From assembly GCA_900763875.1 (NCBI GenBank), contig CAAFLX010000001.1, positions 10,752 to 74,751 on the forward strand: DNA of 64,000 nt, read 5' to 3'. Below, one piece after another: positions 28,629-38,262 of the stretch (its first letter is position 1; each line of letters opens with the position of its first letter). The stretch comes from Clostridia bacterium. GTDB lineage: Bacteria; Bacillota; Clostridia; Christensenellales; CAG-917. The position numbers were made by a program, and so were the translations under genes. Below the pieces are notes generated by a model. That model ran no database searches and was not told the origin of the DNA. It was given only the letters and a program-made list of their open reading frames with translations.

Positions 28629-29744
28629 ATGGGACTTATCAAAAGACAACTCCTCAAAGTTATTGGTTGGGAAGACAGTTCCCAAAATACGCTAGTCCAC
28701 AAATTTCAGTATGACGACAGATATGCGATCATGAAAGGATCGGAGCTTATCGTTCGTCCCTCGCAAGCCGCAATTTTTGTGTACCGCGGCAGCGTGTGCG
28801 ACGTTTTCACCGAGGGCAGTTGGAAGCTCGATGAAGGTTCTACCCCCGTACTCACCGCGCTCGCAAACTGGAAATATGCCTTTGAAAACCCCAAGCAAAT
28901 CGACGTGTACTTCGTCAATTTGCGCCGCTTTACGCAAATGAAGTGGGGCACGCCCAACGCCATTATGATGCGCGACAAGGATTTTGGCATGATTCGCATC
29001 TCGGGCCATGGCGAATATTCCTTCCACGTGATGAACCCCGAGCTGTTTATGAAGGAGTGCTTTGGCACAATCCATTCATTCAAGACCGAGGACATCAGTG
29101 AGCATCTCAAATCAATCGTCATTGCGCAACTTACGGATATGCTCGGCGAGTGCGAAATCCCCGCGCTCGAGCTTGCCGCCAACTATCTTGAAATCGGCGA
29201 CACCGTATGCAAGCAAGCAAAGCCCAGATTCAACGAGCTTGGTCTTGACATCGATTCGGTGCTTGTGCGCAACTTCAAGCTCCCCGAACCTGTTGAAAAA
29301 GCAATGGACAAGCGCACCACGCTCGGCGTATTCGACGGCAAAATGGGCGAGTACGCTCAATATGAATCCGTGCAGGCAATGCGCGACGCGGCAAAGAATC
29401 CCGGTATGGGCGGCATGTTTGGCGCGGCAGGCATAGGTCTTGGCATGGGTGCAAGAGTGGGCAACCAATTCGCTCAAAACCTCGACGAGGCTCAAAGCGC
29501 AAAAACCAAGTGCGCAAAATGCGGAGCTTCCATAAAAGCAGGCTCGAAATTCTGCCCCGAATGCGGAGCAAAAGTGGGCGGTGAAGCCACCGTCAAATGC
29601 TCCAAGTGCGGCGCGGACGTGCCTCAAAACTCCAAGTTCTGCCCCGAATGCGGTCAACCTATGAGCGTTGTTTGCTCAAAGTGCGGCGCAAAGGTGAAAG
29701 CAGGCATGAAATTCTGCCCCGAATGCGGAGCTAAAATAGGCTGA
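28629..29744 (+). CDS. SPFH (stomatin/prohibitin/flotillin-like) domain protein with three C-terminal zinc ribbons (COG4260 / YdjI-like)
   Basis: Start moved to ATG 28629, behind GGAGGG. The N-terminal roughly 270 aa resemble the SPFH 'virion core protein-like' family. The C-terminus carries 3 tandem copies of KCxKCGAxxxxxxKFCPECGxK (29505-29741). Confidence 0.75.
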   Translation: MGLIKRQLLKVIGWEDSSQNTLVHKFQYDDRYAIMKGSELIVRPSQAAIFVYRGSVCDVFTEGSWKLDEGSTPVLTALANWKYAFENPKQIDVYFVNLRRFTQMKWGTPNAIMMRDKDFGMIRISGHGEYSFHVMNPELFMKECFGTIHSFKTEDISEHLKSIVIAQLTDMLGECEIPALELAANYLEIGDTVCKQAKPRFNELGLDIDSVLVRNFKLPEPVEKAMDKRTTLGVFDGKMGEYAQYESVQAMRDAAKNPGMGGMFGAAGIGLGMGARVGNQFAQNLDEAQSAKTKCAKCGASIKAGSKFCPECGAKVGGEATVKCSKCGADVPQNSKFCPECGQPMSVVCSKCGAKVKAGMKFCPECGAKIG

Positions 29745-29767
29745 TAAAAGGCATATAATCCCAAGGT

Positions 29768-30838
29768 ATGGCAGACGTTTTCAACTACAACAACACGGCG
29801 GTTGTCAAGTGCAAAAACTGCGGCGCGGATATGGTGTACGACCCCGAAAAGGGCGCGCTTTACTGCGCCTACTGCGACGCAACGCGCACCGTCAACAAGC
29901 GAGGTTGTTCCAAGCGCGACTTTATGTCCTCTCTCAAGGACGGCGAGGTCAAGTTTGACGACTCAACCTACAAATGCCCAAACTGCGGAGCAACGATGAA
30001 ACTTGCTCCCTTCGACACTGCCGTCAAATGCCCCTATTGCGGTGGCACGAACGTTGTTGAGATAAGCGACCTAAAAGGGCTTAAACCCGACAGTATTTTG
30101 CCGTTTGCACTCTCACAACGGCAAGCGTCCACGGCAGGTTTGAAGTGGATAAAGAAAAAACCTTTTGCACCTCTCAAACTCAAAAAGAGTTTCAAAGTGG
30201 ACAACTTCCACGGCGTGTATATTCCGTCGTATGCATTTTCGACCTCAGCGTTTTCAAGCTATGACGGAAGGCTTGGCAAGCGGCGCACGAGAATGGTCGG
30301 CTCAGGCAAAGACCGCCGTATGGAAACCTACACCGAGTGGTACAACGTCAGCGGCAACACCAACAACGCCTTCGACGACGTGGCGGTTGAGGCAAGCACG
30401 CAGCTCGACCAAAAGGAGCTTAACAAAATCTTGCCCTATGACACCGAAAACCTCGAAGCGTACAACAAGGACTACATAGCAGGTTTTGTCGCCGAGAGGT
30501 ATGACACCTCGCTGTCCGACGGATTTGACGTGGCAAAAGGGCAGATGGACGACACCATTCGCACGCGCATCATCAACAGTTACAGCGCGGACGTGGTGGA
30601 CTATCTCAACGTCAAGACGACTTACAGCAACACGAAATTCCACTATATGCTCTTGCCGCTTTGGGTTTGCGCCTATGCCTATCGCAAAAAAAACTACCGT
30701 TTCATCATCAACGGCAGGACAGGCAAATCCACCGGCAAATCCCCGATATCGCCACTCAAAGTTGCATTTGCGGTGCTTGTGGCACTTGGCATAATCGCGC
30801 TGTTCGTGTGGGGGTATCTCACAGGTCAATTTGAATAA
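29768..30838 (+). CDS. Zinc-ribbon protein with C-terminal transmembrane anchor (YdjG-like partner of SPFH proteins)
   Basis: 356 aa. It has two CxxC...CxxC ribbons (CKNCG..CAYCD and CPNCG..CPYCG) and a C-terminal TM helix (VAFAVLVALGIIALFVWGYL). It lies 23 nt downstream of the SPFH gene. Confidence 0.6.
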   Translation: MADVFNYNNTAVVKCKNCGADMVYDPEKGALYCAYCDATRTVNKRGCSKRDFMSSLKDGEVKFDDSTYKCPNCGATMKLAPFDTAVKCPYCGGTNVVEISDLKGLKPDSILPFALSQRQASTAGLKWIKKKPFAPLKLKKSFKVDNFHGVYIPSYAFSTSAFSSYDGRLGKRRTRMVGSGKDRRMETYTEWYNVSGNTNNAFDDVAVEASTQLDQKELNKILPYDTENLEAYNKDYIAGFVAERYDTSLSDGFDVAKGQMDDTIRTRIINSYSADVVDYLNVKTTYSNTKFHYMLLPLWVCAYAYRKKNYRFIINGRTGKSTGKSPISPLKVAFAVLVALGIIALFVWGYLTGQFE

Positions 30839-30872
30839 ATAAAAATTTATATATCTTTTGGAGGTAACAAAA

Positions 30873-31070
30873 ATGATAACCAAAGACATGCTCATCGTGG
30901 ACATTCTAGCACAAGGCGACCCCGACAAGCTCGCGGCAGTGTTGCAAGATAGCGGAATGCATTGTTTGCATTGCATGCTCGCACACGGCGAAACTCTTGA
31001 AGAAGCAGCTGCAGTGCACGGCATCGACGTTGACGAACTTCTTGCAAAGCTCAACGCAGTCATCGGCTAA
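30873..31070 (+). CDS. DUF1858 / hybrid-cluster-protein-associated redox disulfide domain protein
   Basis: 65 aa, ATG 30873 behind GGAGG (30860-30864). Contains the MHCLHC (CxxC) motif typical of the family. Confidence 0.7.
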   Translation: MITKDMLIVDILAQGDPDKLAAVLQDSGMHCLHCMLAHGETLEEAAAVHGIDVDELLAKLNAVIG

Positions 31071-31089
31071 AAAACTGCAAATCAAATTG

Positions 31090-31119
31090 AAAGAACGCCT
31101 TGAAGGACGTTCTTTTTTT
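31090..31119 (+). terminator. Rho-independent terminator
   Basis: AAAGAACG...CGTTCTTT hairpin with one internal mismatch, followed by T7. Confidence 0.65.
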
Positions 31120-31249
31120 GAGCAAAAACCAACATAAATACGCATTTTTTTGCATTTGAAAATGTGAATTTACAGGCAAAATCTTGTGCAAACAGGGCAA
31201 AAATCAGAGTGTATATAGCGAGAAATCAAAACGAATAGGACGGCGGTTC

Positions 31250-31762
31250 TCACATAAAACGGCACAGGACGCAGGCGAGCAATGCTCCAAGCAGCGTGCA
31301 AAAAAGAGATACTGGGATAGCGTAGCGGAGTTTTTTCACCTTGCAGGTTGAAAAGTATACGGCAGAGATATAAAATATCGTTTCGCTGCCGCCTGCAATC
31401 ACCGCCGCGCATCTTGCCGCGTACGAATCCGCGCCGTATTTGTCGATGACCTCTTGCAAAAGACCTATCGTTCCGTTGCCCGAAAGGGGGACGAGAAACA
31501 AGACTTGGCTCACTTCGCTCGGTATGCCGATATAGGCAAGCGGCTTTGCAAACCACGCGCCGATTATGTCTGCAAGTCCGCTTGTTTTGAAAGTTTCTAT
31601 GCACACAAATATGGTTGCGATGTATGGAAAAACGTCAACGACGAGGTTTAGCCCGTCCCTTGCGCCAAGCAAAAAACACTCGTAAACTTTGACTTTTTTG
31701 ACGATGCAAACGATGATGAGAAGTATGAGAAGAATCGGCAAAATATAGGTGCTTACGCTCAT
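31250..31762 (-). CDS. spmB: Spore maturation protein B
   Basis: 170-aa membrane protein with a nucleoside-recognition-type domain. It overlaps the upstream spmA by 4 bp (ATGA). Confidence 0.8.
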   Translation of the reverse strand: MSVSTYILPILLILLIIVCIVKKVKVYECFLLGARDGLNLVVDVFPYIATIFVCIETFKTSGLADIIGAWFAKPLAYIGIPSEVSQVLFLVPLSGNGTIGLLQEVIDKYGADSYAARCAAVIAGGSETIFYISAVYFSTCKVKKLRYAIPVSLFCTLLGALLACVLCRFM

Positions 31763-32418
31763 GCTTTGCCTCGCTTTGTTTTTTGCTTGTAATCACACAA
31801 CATAGGCTTTATCCTACCTTTTGCGTTATATAAAATGTTTGTTGTGTCAGTATCGTTCGATTTGCGGTTTGCGTGAGAGAAAACTTTGCAAAGTATCATT
31901 CCCGACAAAGTTGCAACTCCGCTCGATATTAAAGTTGGCAAAATTATATCGGAGGGGCTTTGTGAATTTGCGCTTGCTCTAAGCGCAATCACGGTTGCGG
32001 GAATGAGTTGAATTGAGGTTGCGTTTATGACAAGCAACATAATCATATTGTCGCTTGCCTTGTCCTTGCCGTCCCACATTGCGTGCATTGCCTTTATGCC
32101 TGCGGGGGTTGCCGCGCCTCCCATTCCGAGCATATTTGCCGCAAGGTTCAAACAAATATTATCATACGCCTCGTCCTTTTCGTTTTTGAAGATTTTGCGC
32201 ACGACGGGGCGCAACAGTTTTGACAGTTTTTTGTCAAGAGCAGTTGCTTCAACCATCTTCAAAACCGAGAGCCACACCGCATATATTGCGCAAAGTTTGA
32301 TTGACAATTCGATTGCGTTTTTCACCCCGTCTATCATAGACGGGAAGGCGGTTTCGGGCGATTTTATCGTCATAAGCACGAGGGACGCGGTGGTCAAAAT
32401 CAAAAACGCAACGTTCAT
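31759..32418 (-). CDS. spmA: Spore maturation protein A
   Basis: 219-aa membrane protein with the typical SpmA N-terminus and LNLAANMLGMGGAATPAG motif. Translationally coupled to spmB. Confidence 0.8.
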   Translation of the reverse strand: MNVAFLILTTASLVLMTIKSPETAFPSMIDGVKNAIELSIKLCAIYAVWLSVLKMVEATALDKKLSKLLRPVVRKIFKNEKDEAYDNICLNLAANMLGMGGAATPAGIKAMHAMWDGKDKASDNMIMLLVINATSIQLIPATVIALRASANSQSPSDIILPTLISSGVATLSGMILCKVFSHANRKSNDTDTTNILYNAKGRIKPMLCDYKQKTKRGKA

Positions 32419-32543
32419 AGAACATTGTATTTTTCATTTTGCAAGGGTATGCACTTCTTATTTACTTTTATAAATAAAAGATGTATAATGTATAAACTCA
32501 ATTCAAAAAACGGGAATCATTAGCCCGTCAAAGAGGTGAAATC

Positions 32544-34568
32544 GTGCAAGACACAAAGCAAGACAAAAAGAAATTTTATATGACGACGGCAATCGCCTAC
32601 GCGTCGGGCAAGCCCCACATCGGCAACACCTACGAGATTGTTTTTTCCGACCTCGTGGCAAGAGCAAAACGTATGGAAGGATACGACGTGTTTTTCCAAA
32701 CCGGCACTGACGAGCACGGCGAAAAGATAGAGCTTAAAGCGCAAGCGGCAGGGCTTACCCCCAAAGAATTTGTCGATCAAAAAGCTGCGGACATCAAGCG
32801 CATTTGGGACTTGATGAACACAACCTACGACAAGTTTATCCGCACCACCGACAAGGAACACGAGGAGCAAGTCCAAAAGATTTTTGAAAAATTCTACAAG
32901 CAAGGCGACATCTACAAAGGCTCGTACAAGGGCTGGTACTGCACTCCGTGCGAGTCGTTTTGGACGGAGAGTCAACTTGTGGACGGCAAATGCCCCGACT
33001 GCGGCGGAAAGGTGGAAATGGCAGAGGAGGAGGCATACTTCTTCAATATGAGCAAATACGCCGACCGCCTTATGCAATACTATGACGAGCACCCCGACTT
33101 CATCGTGCCGCAATCGCGCAAAAACGAGATGGTCAACAACTTCTTGAAACCCGGTCTTCAAGACTTGTGCGTGTCAAGAACGTCGTTCAACTGGGGCATA
33201 CCCGTATCTTTTGACAACCGCCACGTCGTGTACGTGTGGCTTGACGCGCTCACCAACTACATTACGGGCATCGGCTTTGACGCCGACGGCAATTCGAGCG
33301 ACCTCTACAAAAAAGAGTGGCCTGCCGACGTGCATATCATCGGCAAGGACATCGTGCGTTTTCACTCCATCTACTGGCCGATTTTCCTTATGGCACTCGG
33401 CGAGCCTCTGCCCAAGCAGATTTTCGGACACCCGTGGCTGTTGCAAGACGGCGGAAAAATGTCCAAATCCAAGGGCAACGTCATCTATGCAGACGACCTT
33501 GTGGACTATTTCGGCGTGGACAGCGTGAGATATTTCTTGCTCTCTCAAATGCCTTTCGACAACGACGGCGTGATAAGCTGGGAGCTTGTTATGGACACAA
33601 TCAACAGCGAGCTTGTCAACGTCTACGGCAACCTCGTTCAACGCACGATTGCAATGACAAACAAGTATTTTGACGGAATCGTGTGTGACAAGCGTGTTTG
33701 CGAGAGCGTTGACGACGACCTCAAAGCTGTTGCAAAATCGGCAAGAGATAAGGTTTTTGCCAACATCGATGCCTACCGCTCGGCGGACGCACTCGGCGAT
33801 ATATTCTCGGTGCTGCGCAGAGCAAACAAGTATATCGACGAAACAATGCCTTGGGTGCTTGCAAAGGACGAGAGCCAAAAAGACAGGCTTGCCACCGTGC
33901 TTTACAACCTCACCGAAACCATCGTAATTTGCGCAAGTTTGCTCCACCCGTTTATGCCCTCGACCTCGCAAAAAGTTGTGGGGCAATGCGGCGCGACGTT
34001 GCGCTCCTACGACGAGCTTGACAAGTTCGGACTGCTTGCAAACGATACGAAAGTGGCTCAAAATCCCGAACACCTCTTTGCAAGAATCGACGTTGACAAA
34101 GTGAAAAAAGACCTGCTTGCAAAAGGTATTGTCAAAGAGGACAAGCCTGAGGACGAGGCAAAAGCACAAAAGCAAGACAAAAAAACCGAGAAAAAAGAAG
34201 ATAAAAAGACGGACAATATCGTTGATTTGAGCGAGATTGGCATTGACGATTTTGCAAAAGTGCAACTTCGCGTTGGCAAGATTCTCACCGCCGAAAAGGT
34301 GGAAAAAGCGGACAAGCTCCTCAAATTCTCCGTGCAAATCGGCTCTGACGTGCGCACCATTGTGAGCGGCATTGCCAAATACTACACTCCCGAAGAAACG
34401 GTTGGCAAAAACGTTGTTGTCGTCTACAACTTAAAGCCTGCAAAACTGCGTGGAATCGAGAGCCAAGGCATGTTGCTTTGCGCGTGCTATACCGATGCCG
34501 ACGGCAACGAACAAGTCGTGCTTGTTTCCCCCGAAAAGCCTGTGGACAGCGGCAGCGTGGTGAGATAA
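32544..34568 (+). CDS. metG: Methionine--tRNA ligase with C-terminal tRNA-binding domain
   Basis: GTG start 6 nt after AGAGGTG. HIGH-type motif KPHIGN, KMSKS motif, a CxxC..CxxC zinc knuckle, and a C-terminal EMAP/Trbp111-like domain. Confidence 0.95.
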   Translation: MQDTKQDKKKFYMTTAIAYASGKPHIGNTYEIVFSDLVARAKRMEGYDVFFQTGTDEHGEKIELKAQAAGLTPKEFVDQKAADIKRIWDLMNTTYDKFIRTTDKEHEEQVQKIFEKFYKQGDIYKGSYKGWYCTPCESFWTESQLVDGKCPDCGGKVEMAEEEAYFFNMSKYADRLMQYYDEHPDFIVPQSRKNEMVNNFLKPGLQDLCVSRTSFNWGIPVSFDNRHVVYVWLDALTNYITGIGFDADGNSSDLYKKEWPADVHIIGKDIVRFHSIYWPIFLMALGEPLPKQIFGHPWLLQDGGKMSKSKGNVIYADDLVDYFGVDSVRYFLLSQMPFDNDGVISWELVMDTINSELVNVYGNLVQRTIAMTNKYFDGIVCDKRVCESVDDDLKAVAKSARDKVFANIDAYRSADALGDIFSVLRRANKYIDETMPWVLAKDESQKDRLATVLYNLTETIVICASLLHPFMPSTSQKVVGQCGATLRSYDELDKFGLLANDTKVAQNPEHLFARIDVDKVKKDLLAKGIVKEDKPEDEAKAQKQDKKTEKKEDKKTDNIVDLSEIGIDDFAKVQLRVGKILTAEKVEKADKLLKFSVQIGSDVRTIVSGIAKYYTPEETVGKNVVVVYNLKPAKLRGIESQGMLLCACYTDADGNEQVVLVSPEKPVDSGSVVR

Positions 34569-34572
34569 GGGT

Positions 34573-35346
34573 ATGCTGATTGACACCCATTGCCACCTCA
34601 ATGACGAGAAACTGCTTTGCGACGTCGATAGAATCGTTGGTGATTTTCAAGCCGACGGAATCGAAAGCGCGATATGCGTCGGCTACGATATGCCATCGTC
34701 CGAATGTGCCGTTTCACTTGCGGAAAGATTTGAAAAAGTGTATGCGCAAGCCGGCGTGCATCCGCACGACGCCGACACCCTAAACGATGACGCCTGCCAA
34801 AGAATACTTGAGCTTGCAAAAAATCAAAAGGTGGTTGCAATCGGTGAAATCGGGCTTGACTACTTTTATGATTTGAGCGAAAGGGAAGTGCAACGCGCGG
34901 CGTTTGCAAAGCAAATTGAGCTTGCAAGCGAGGCGGAACTGCCCATAGTTTTGCACGTGCGCGACGCATATGAGGACACGAGAAAAATCTTGTTCGATAT
35001 GCAAAAATACATTCGCAACGGATTGCTTTTGCACTGCTATTCAGGCTCAAGCGAGTATGTCAAAATCTTTGACAAGCTCGACGCATACTATGCCTTTGGC
35101 GGCGCGATAACCTTCAAAAACGCAAAGCATAATCTTGAGTCGCTTGCCGTCGTGCCAAGGGATAGGCTTATGCTCGAAACCGATTGTCCGTATATGACGC
35201 CCGTGCCGTACAGAGGCAAAACCAACGAGCCGAAGTACGTTGCGCTCGTTGCAAAAAAAGCCGCCGAGGTGCTGGGCGTGAGCGAGGAAGAAATAGCAAA
35301 AACAACCACACAAAACGCAAAACGGCTGTTTACACGCTTGAAATGA
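34573..35346 (+). CDS. tatD: TatD family metal-dependent hydrolase/DNase
   Basis: Begins MLIDTHCHL and spans 257 aa. It follows metG directly, as B. subtilis yabD does. Confidence 0.9.
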   Translation: MLIDTHCHLNDEKLLCDVDRIVGDFQADGIESAICVGYDMPSSECAVSLAERFEKVYAQAGVHPHDADTLNDDACQRILELAKNQKVVAIGEIGLDYFYDLSEREVQRAAFAKQIELASEAELPIVLHVRDAYEDTRKILFDMQKYIRNGLLLHCYSGSSEYVKIFDKLDAYYAFGGAITFKNAKHNLESLAVVPRDRLMLETDCPYMTPVPYRGKTNEPKYVALVAKKAAEVLGVSEEEIAKTTTQNAKRLFTRLK

Positions 35347-35404
35347 GCGTATAAACGCCGATTTGTGCAAAAAAACAAAAATATAATCTTTTCAGAGAAC
35401 GGAT

Positions 35405-36022
35405 ATGACCAACAATTATGTGTATGAATTTGGCGATAGTTTGTATCTCAACATCACAAACCGTTGCCCCAACAACTGTGAGTTTTGCATTCGCAACGTC
35501 AAGGACGGCGTGAGCGGCAGCGACTTGTGGCTGCTCAAAGAGCCTACTTTTGCGGAACTTGTGGACGATATCGCATTGTACGATTTGTCAAAATATAAAG
35601 AAATCGTTTTTTGCGGATTCGGCGAGCCGATGTGCAACTTGTCGATGATTTCGCAAATCGCGCCCTACCTCAAAAAGAAGGGGTGCAAAATCCGCATCAA
35701 CACCAACGGACTCGGAAATCTCATCAACAACCGCGACGACGTTGCTCGCCTCATCGCGCCATACGTCGACAGCGTGTCGGTATCTCTCAACGCCTCGACA
35801 AAAGAAGTGTATCAGGAGATTTGCAGAAGCAAGTACGGCGAGGCGGCGTTTGAGGCTATGCTCAAATTCACCAAAGATTGCGTCGAGGCAGGCATAGACA
35901 CCACAATGTCCGTGGTTGATTTCATCGGCGAGGACGAGGTCAAAGCGTGCGGCGAAATTGCAGAAAGCGTGGGCGCGCACTACAAGGTGCGTGAAACAAT
36001 CAGAGAAGACACCGAATACTAA
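35405..36022 (+). CDS. Radical SAM protein (TatD-associated type)
   Basis: CPNNCEFC (CX3CX2C) cluster motif near the N-terminus. 205 aa, adjacent to tatD. Confidence 0.7.
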   Translation: MTNNYVYEFGDSLYLNITNRCPNNCEFCIRNVKDGVSGSDLWLLKEPTFAELVDDIALYDLSKYKEIVFCGFGEPMCNLSMISQIAPYLKKKGCKIRINTNGLGNLINNRDDVARLIAPYVDSVSVSLNASTKEVYQEICRSKYGEAAFEAMLKFTKDCVEAGIDTTMSVVDFIGEDEVKACGEIAESVGAHYKVRETIREDTEY

Positions 36023-36036
36023 AAACGGAAAAATAA

Positions 36037-36070
36037 AAACAGCAGTCGTTTTTTTGCGACTCCTGTTTTT
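36037..36070 (+). terminator. Rho-independent terminator
   Basis: AAACAGCAGTCG pairs with CGACTCCTGTTT (12 bp, 1 mismatch), followed by a T-run. Confidence 0.7.
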
Positions 36071-36179
36071 ATCTTTTGTACTTTGAGATATTGTCATTTG
36101 TGGTTTGACGATTTATCTTTGGTACGAGGATAGTGTGGGCGAATAAGCGCGCTTTATTCGTCGTCGGAAAAGGAAACAA

Positions 36180-37022
36180 ATGGAAAACGGCAGTGTAAAA
36201 GACATCATAAGAGGCACAAATTTCCGCTTCAACAAGGCTCTGGGACAAAACTTTATCACCGACGCCAACTTGCTTGACGCGATTGTTGCCGACAGCCAAA
36301 TCACAAGCGACGACGTTGTTGTCGAGATAGGTACGGGCGCAGGCACGCTCACGCGCGCCATTGCAAAGGTTGCAAAAAAAGTCTATTCGTTCGAGGTGGA
36401 TGTCAATCTCCAACCCGTGCTTGCCCTCTCGCTTAAGGGCGTTGGCAATGCAGAAGTCATCTTCCGCGACGTGCTGAAAATGAAGGATAGCGAGCTATGC
36501 CAAATCGTGGGCGACAAGTTCAAAGTGGTGGCAAACTTGCCCTATTACATCACCACGCCGCTTGCAATGCGCTTTATCGAAAGCACGCTTGATGTGGAGT
36601 CAATCACCATAATGGTGCAAAAGGAAGTCGCGCTCCGATTCGTTGCCAAGCCCAACACCGCCGACTATTCTGCAATTACGCTCGCAATCGAAATGGCAGG
36701 GGACGCAAAAATCACCAGAAACGTGTCGCGCAATATGTTTTTTCCCGCTCCGAACGTTGACAGCGCGGTGGTGCGCATAGACGTTGACCGCACAAAACTT
36801 GACGGCGAAAACGCTCCGCTTTTGCACAAACTCGTGCGCGCGTCCTTTGCTATGCGCCGAAAAACGCTTGCCAACAACCTCTCGGTCGCTTTTCAAATGG
36901 ACAAGCAAGAGGCAGGCAAACTCATAGAGGAAGCAGGTTTTTCGCCAATGGTGCGAGGAGAGGCACTCTCGCTTGACGACTACAAAACGTTGGCAAAAAC
37001 CCTTGAAAAAAGCATACAATAA
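36180..37022 (+). CDS. rsmA: 16S rRNA (adenine1518/1519-N6)-dimethyltransferase
   Basis: LGQNFI motif and EIGTGAGTLT SAM-binding motif. 280 aa. Confidence 0.95.
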   Translation: MENGSVKDIIRGTNFRFNKALGQNFITDANLLDAIVADSQITSDDVVVEIGTGAGTLTRAIAKVAKKVYSFEVDVNLQPVLALSLKGVGNAEVIFRDVLKMKDSELCQIVGDKFKVVANLPYYITTPLAMRFIESTLDVESITIMVQKEVALRFVAKPNTADYSAITLAIEMAGDAKITRNVSRNMFFPAPNVDSAVVRIDVDRTKLDGENAPLLHKLVRASFAMRRKTLANNLSVAFQMDKQEAGKLIEEAGFSPMVRGEALSLDDYKTLAKTLEKSIQ

Positions 37023-37093
37023 CTGACGGCGAAAACAAAAAAATGCCAAAAACACGTGCAAATATTACATAATATACCTTGTGAAAAATGCAC

Positions 37094-37193
37094 AAAAAAC
37101 GGCAAAAAAACGGCGTAAAAAAGGCAAAAATACGGTGTAAAAAAGGGTATAAAAACAAGTAGAAAACAGGCAAAAATCAACGGTATAAAATAG
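37094..37193 (+). repeat. Tandem ~11-12-bp A-tract repeats (CGGYRTAAAAAA-like), about 8-9 copies
   Basis: A-tracts start at 37094, 37104, 37117, 37126, 37139, 37151, 37163, 37172 and 37187. The array runs up to the ATG at 37196. Confidence 0.6.
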
Positions 37194-37195
37194 AT

Positions 37196-38128
37196 ATGCT
37201 CAAACACAAATCTCACAACTTAACGGGAATTTTCTTCTGCTCGCTGTGCGCGCTGGTTTGGGGCTTTGCATTTATCGCCCAACAAAAAGCGTCGTCCGAC
37301 GTGCCGACTTTCGCGTTCAACGGTTTGAGATTTTCCCTTGCGGTGGGGGTTATCGGCATATTTATCCTCGTCAATATGCTCATCGACAAAAAGAAGGGCG
37401 TAAAGCGCACGGGGTGGAACAAGTCCACATTGCTTGGCGGCACGCTGTGCGGAATCTGTCTTTTTGTCGCCAACAACCTGCAACAGTACGCCATCGCGCG
37501 CACGACGGTGGGCAAAACCGGCTTTATCACCGCGCTTTACATCGTCATCGTGCCGCTTTTCAACGTGCTTTTGAGAAGGCGTATCCCCGTCAACGGCAAG
37601 TTTGCAATCGCGTTTGCGGTGCTCGGATTTTACGTTATGTGCATCAACGATTCCAGCGGAGTCACCTATGCGGACGTGATTTTGCTCATTTGCGCCGTGA
37701 CTTTTTCCTTGCACATTATGTTTATCGACGTGTTTGTTGACGAAACCGACCCCCTCAAACTCACCTTTACGCAGTTTGTCGTGGCAAGTCTTTTGAGCTT
37801 GCCCGCAATGGCAATCGAAGGTTTTCCGCCTACGAGTGCAGTGGGGCAAAACATAACCTCGATTTTGTACGTCGGCGTAATGTCGGCAGGCGTCGGATTC
37901 ACATTCCAAAGCCTTGGGCAAAAGTACGCGCCGCCCGAGCTTGCAACTCTCATTATGTCCCTTGAATCCGTCATAGCGTTCATTGGCGGCGTTGCGTTTT
38001 TGAACGAGAGTTATTCGGCAAAAGAGTTTGTGGGGTGCATCATAGTTTTGCTTTCGGTGTTCCTTGCCCAGATTTCCTTGCCACAAAAAATGCTCAAACC
38101 CAATTATAGCAAATACTTTATAGACTGA
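37196..38128 (+). CDS. EamA/DMT-family transporter
   Basis: 310-aa protein with about 10 TM segments and two EamA-like halves. No SD upstream. Confidence 0.8.
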   Translation: MLKHKSHNLTGIFFCSLCALVWGFAFIAQQKASSDVPTFAFNGLRFSLAVGVIGIFILVNMLIDKKKGVKRTGWNKSTLLGGTLCGICLFVANNLQQYAIARTTVGKTGFITALYIVIVPLFNVLLRRRIPVNGKFAIAFAVLGFYVMCINDSSGVTYADVILLICAVTFSLHIMFIDVFVDETDPLKLTFTQFVVASLLSLPAMAIEGFPPTSAVGQNITSILYVGVMSAGVGFTFQSLGQKYAPPELATLIMSLESVIAFIGGVAFLNESYSAKEFVGCIIVLLSVFLAQISLPQKMLKPNYSKYFID

Positions 38129-38164
38129 CAAAACTCGGCAAATCCGATTTTTTGACAAAACAAC

Positions 38165-38193
38165 AAAACACGCATTTTATATGCGTGTTTTTT
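38165..38193. terminator. Bidirectional hairpin terminator between convergent genes
   Basis: AAAACACGCAT (38165-38175) pairs with ATGCGTGTTTT (38181-38191). A-run on one side and T-run on the other. Confidence 0.7.
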
Positions 38194-38262
38194 GCACTTT
38201 AAGTGTGAGTTTTGCATTTTCTTATGCCGTATTGCTTGCAAAAATTGCGGTGGGGAATATCT

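Noticed and set aside
27948-28685. A 245-aa reverse ORF and a 94-aa forward ORF (28276-28560) across the end of the giant gene.
   Set aside because: They overlap the giant CDS end, its terminator hairpin and the T-tract array. There are no translation signals.
31170-31604. A 144-aa reverse ORF overlapping spmB in another frame, with similar out-of-frame ORFs inside metG, the EamA gene, guaB and the aro genes.
   Set aside because: They overlap well-supported conserved genes, have Arg/Cys-rich nonsense-like composition, and lack start signals.
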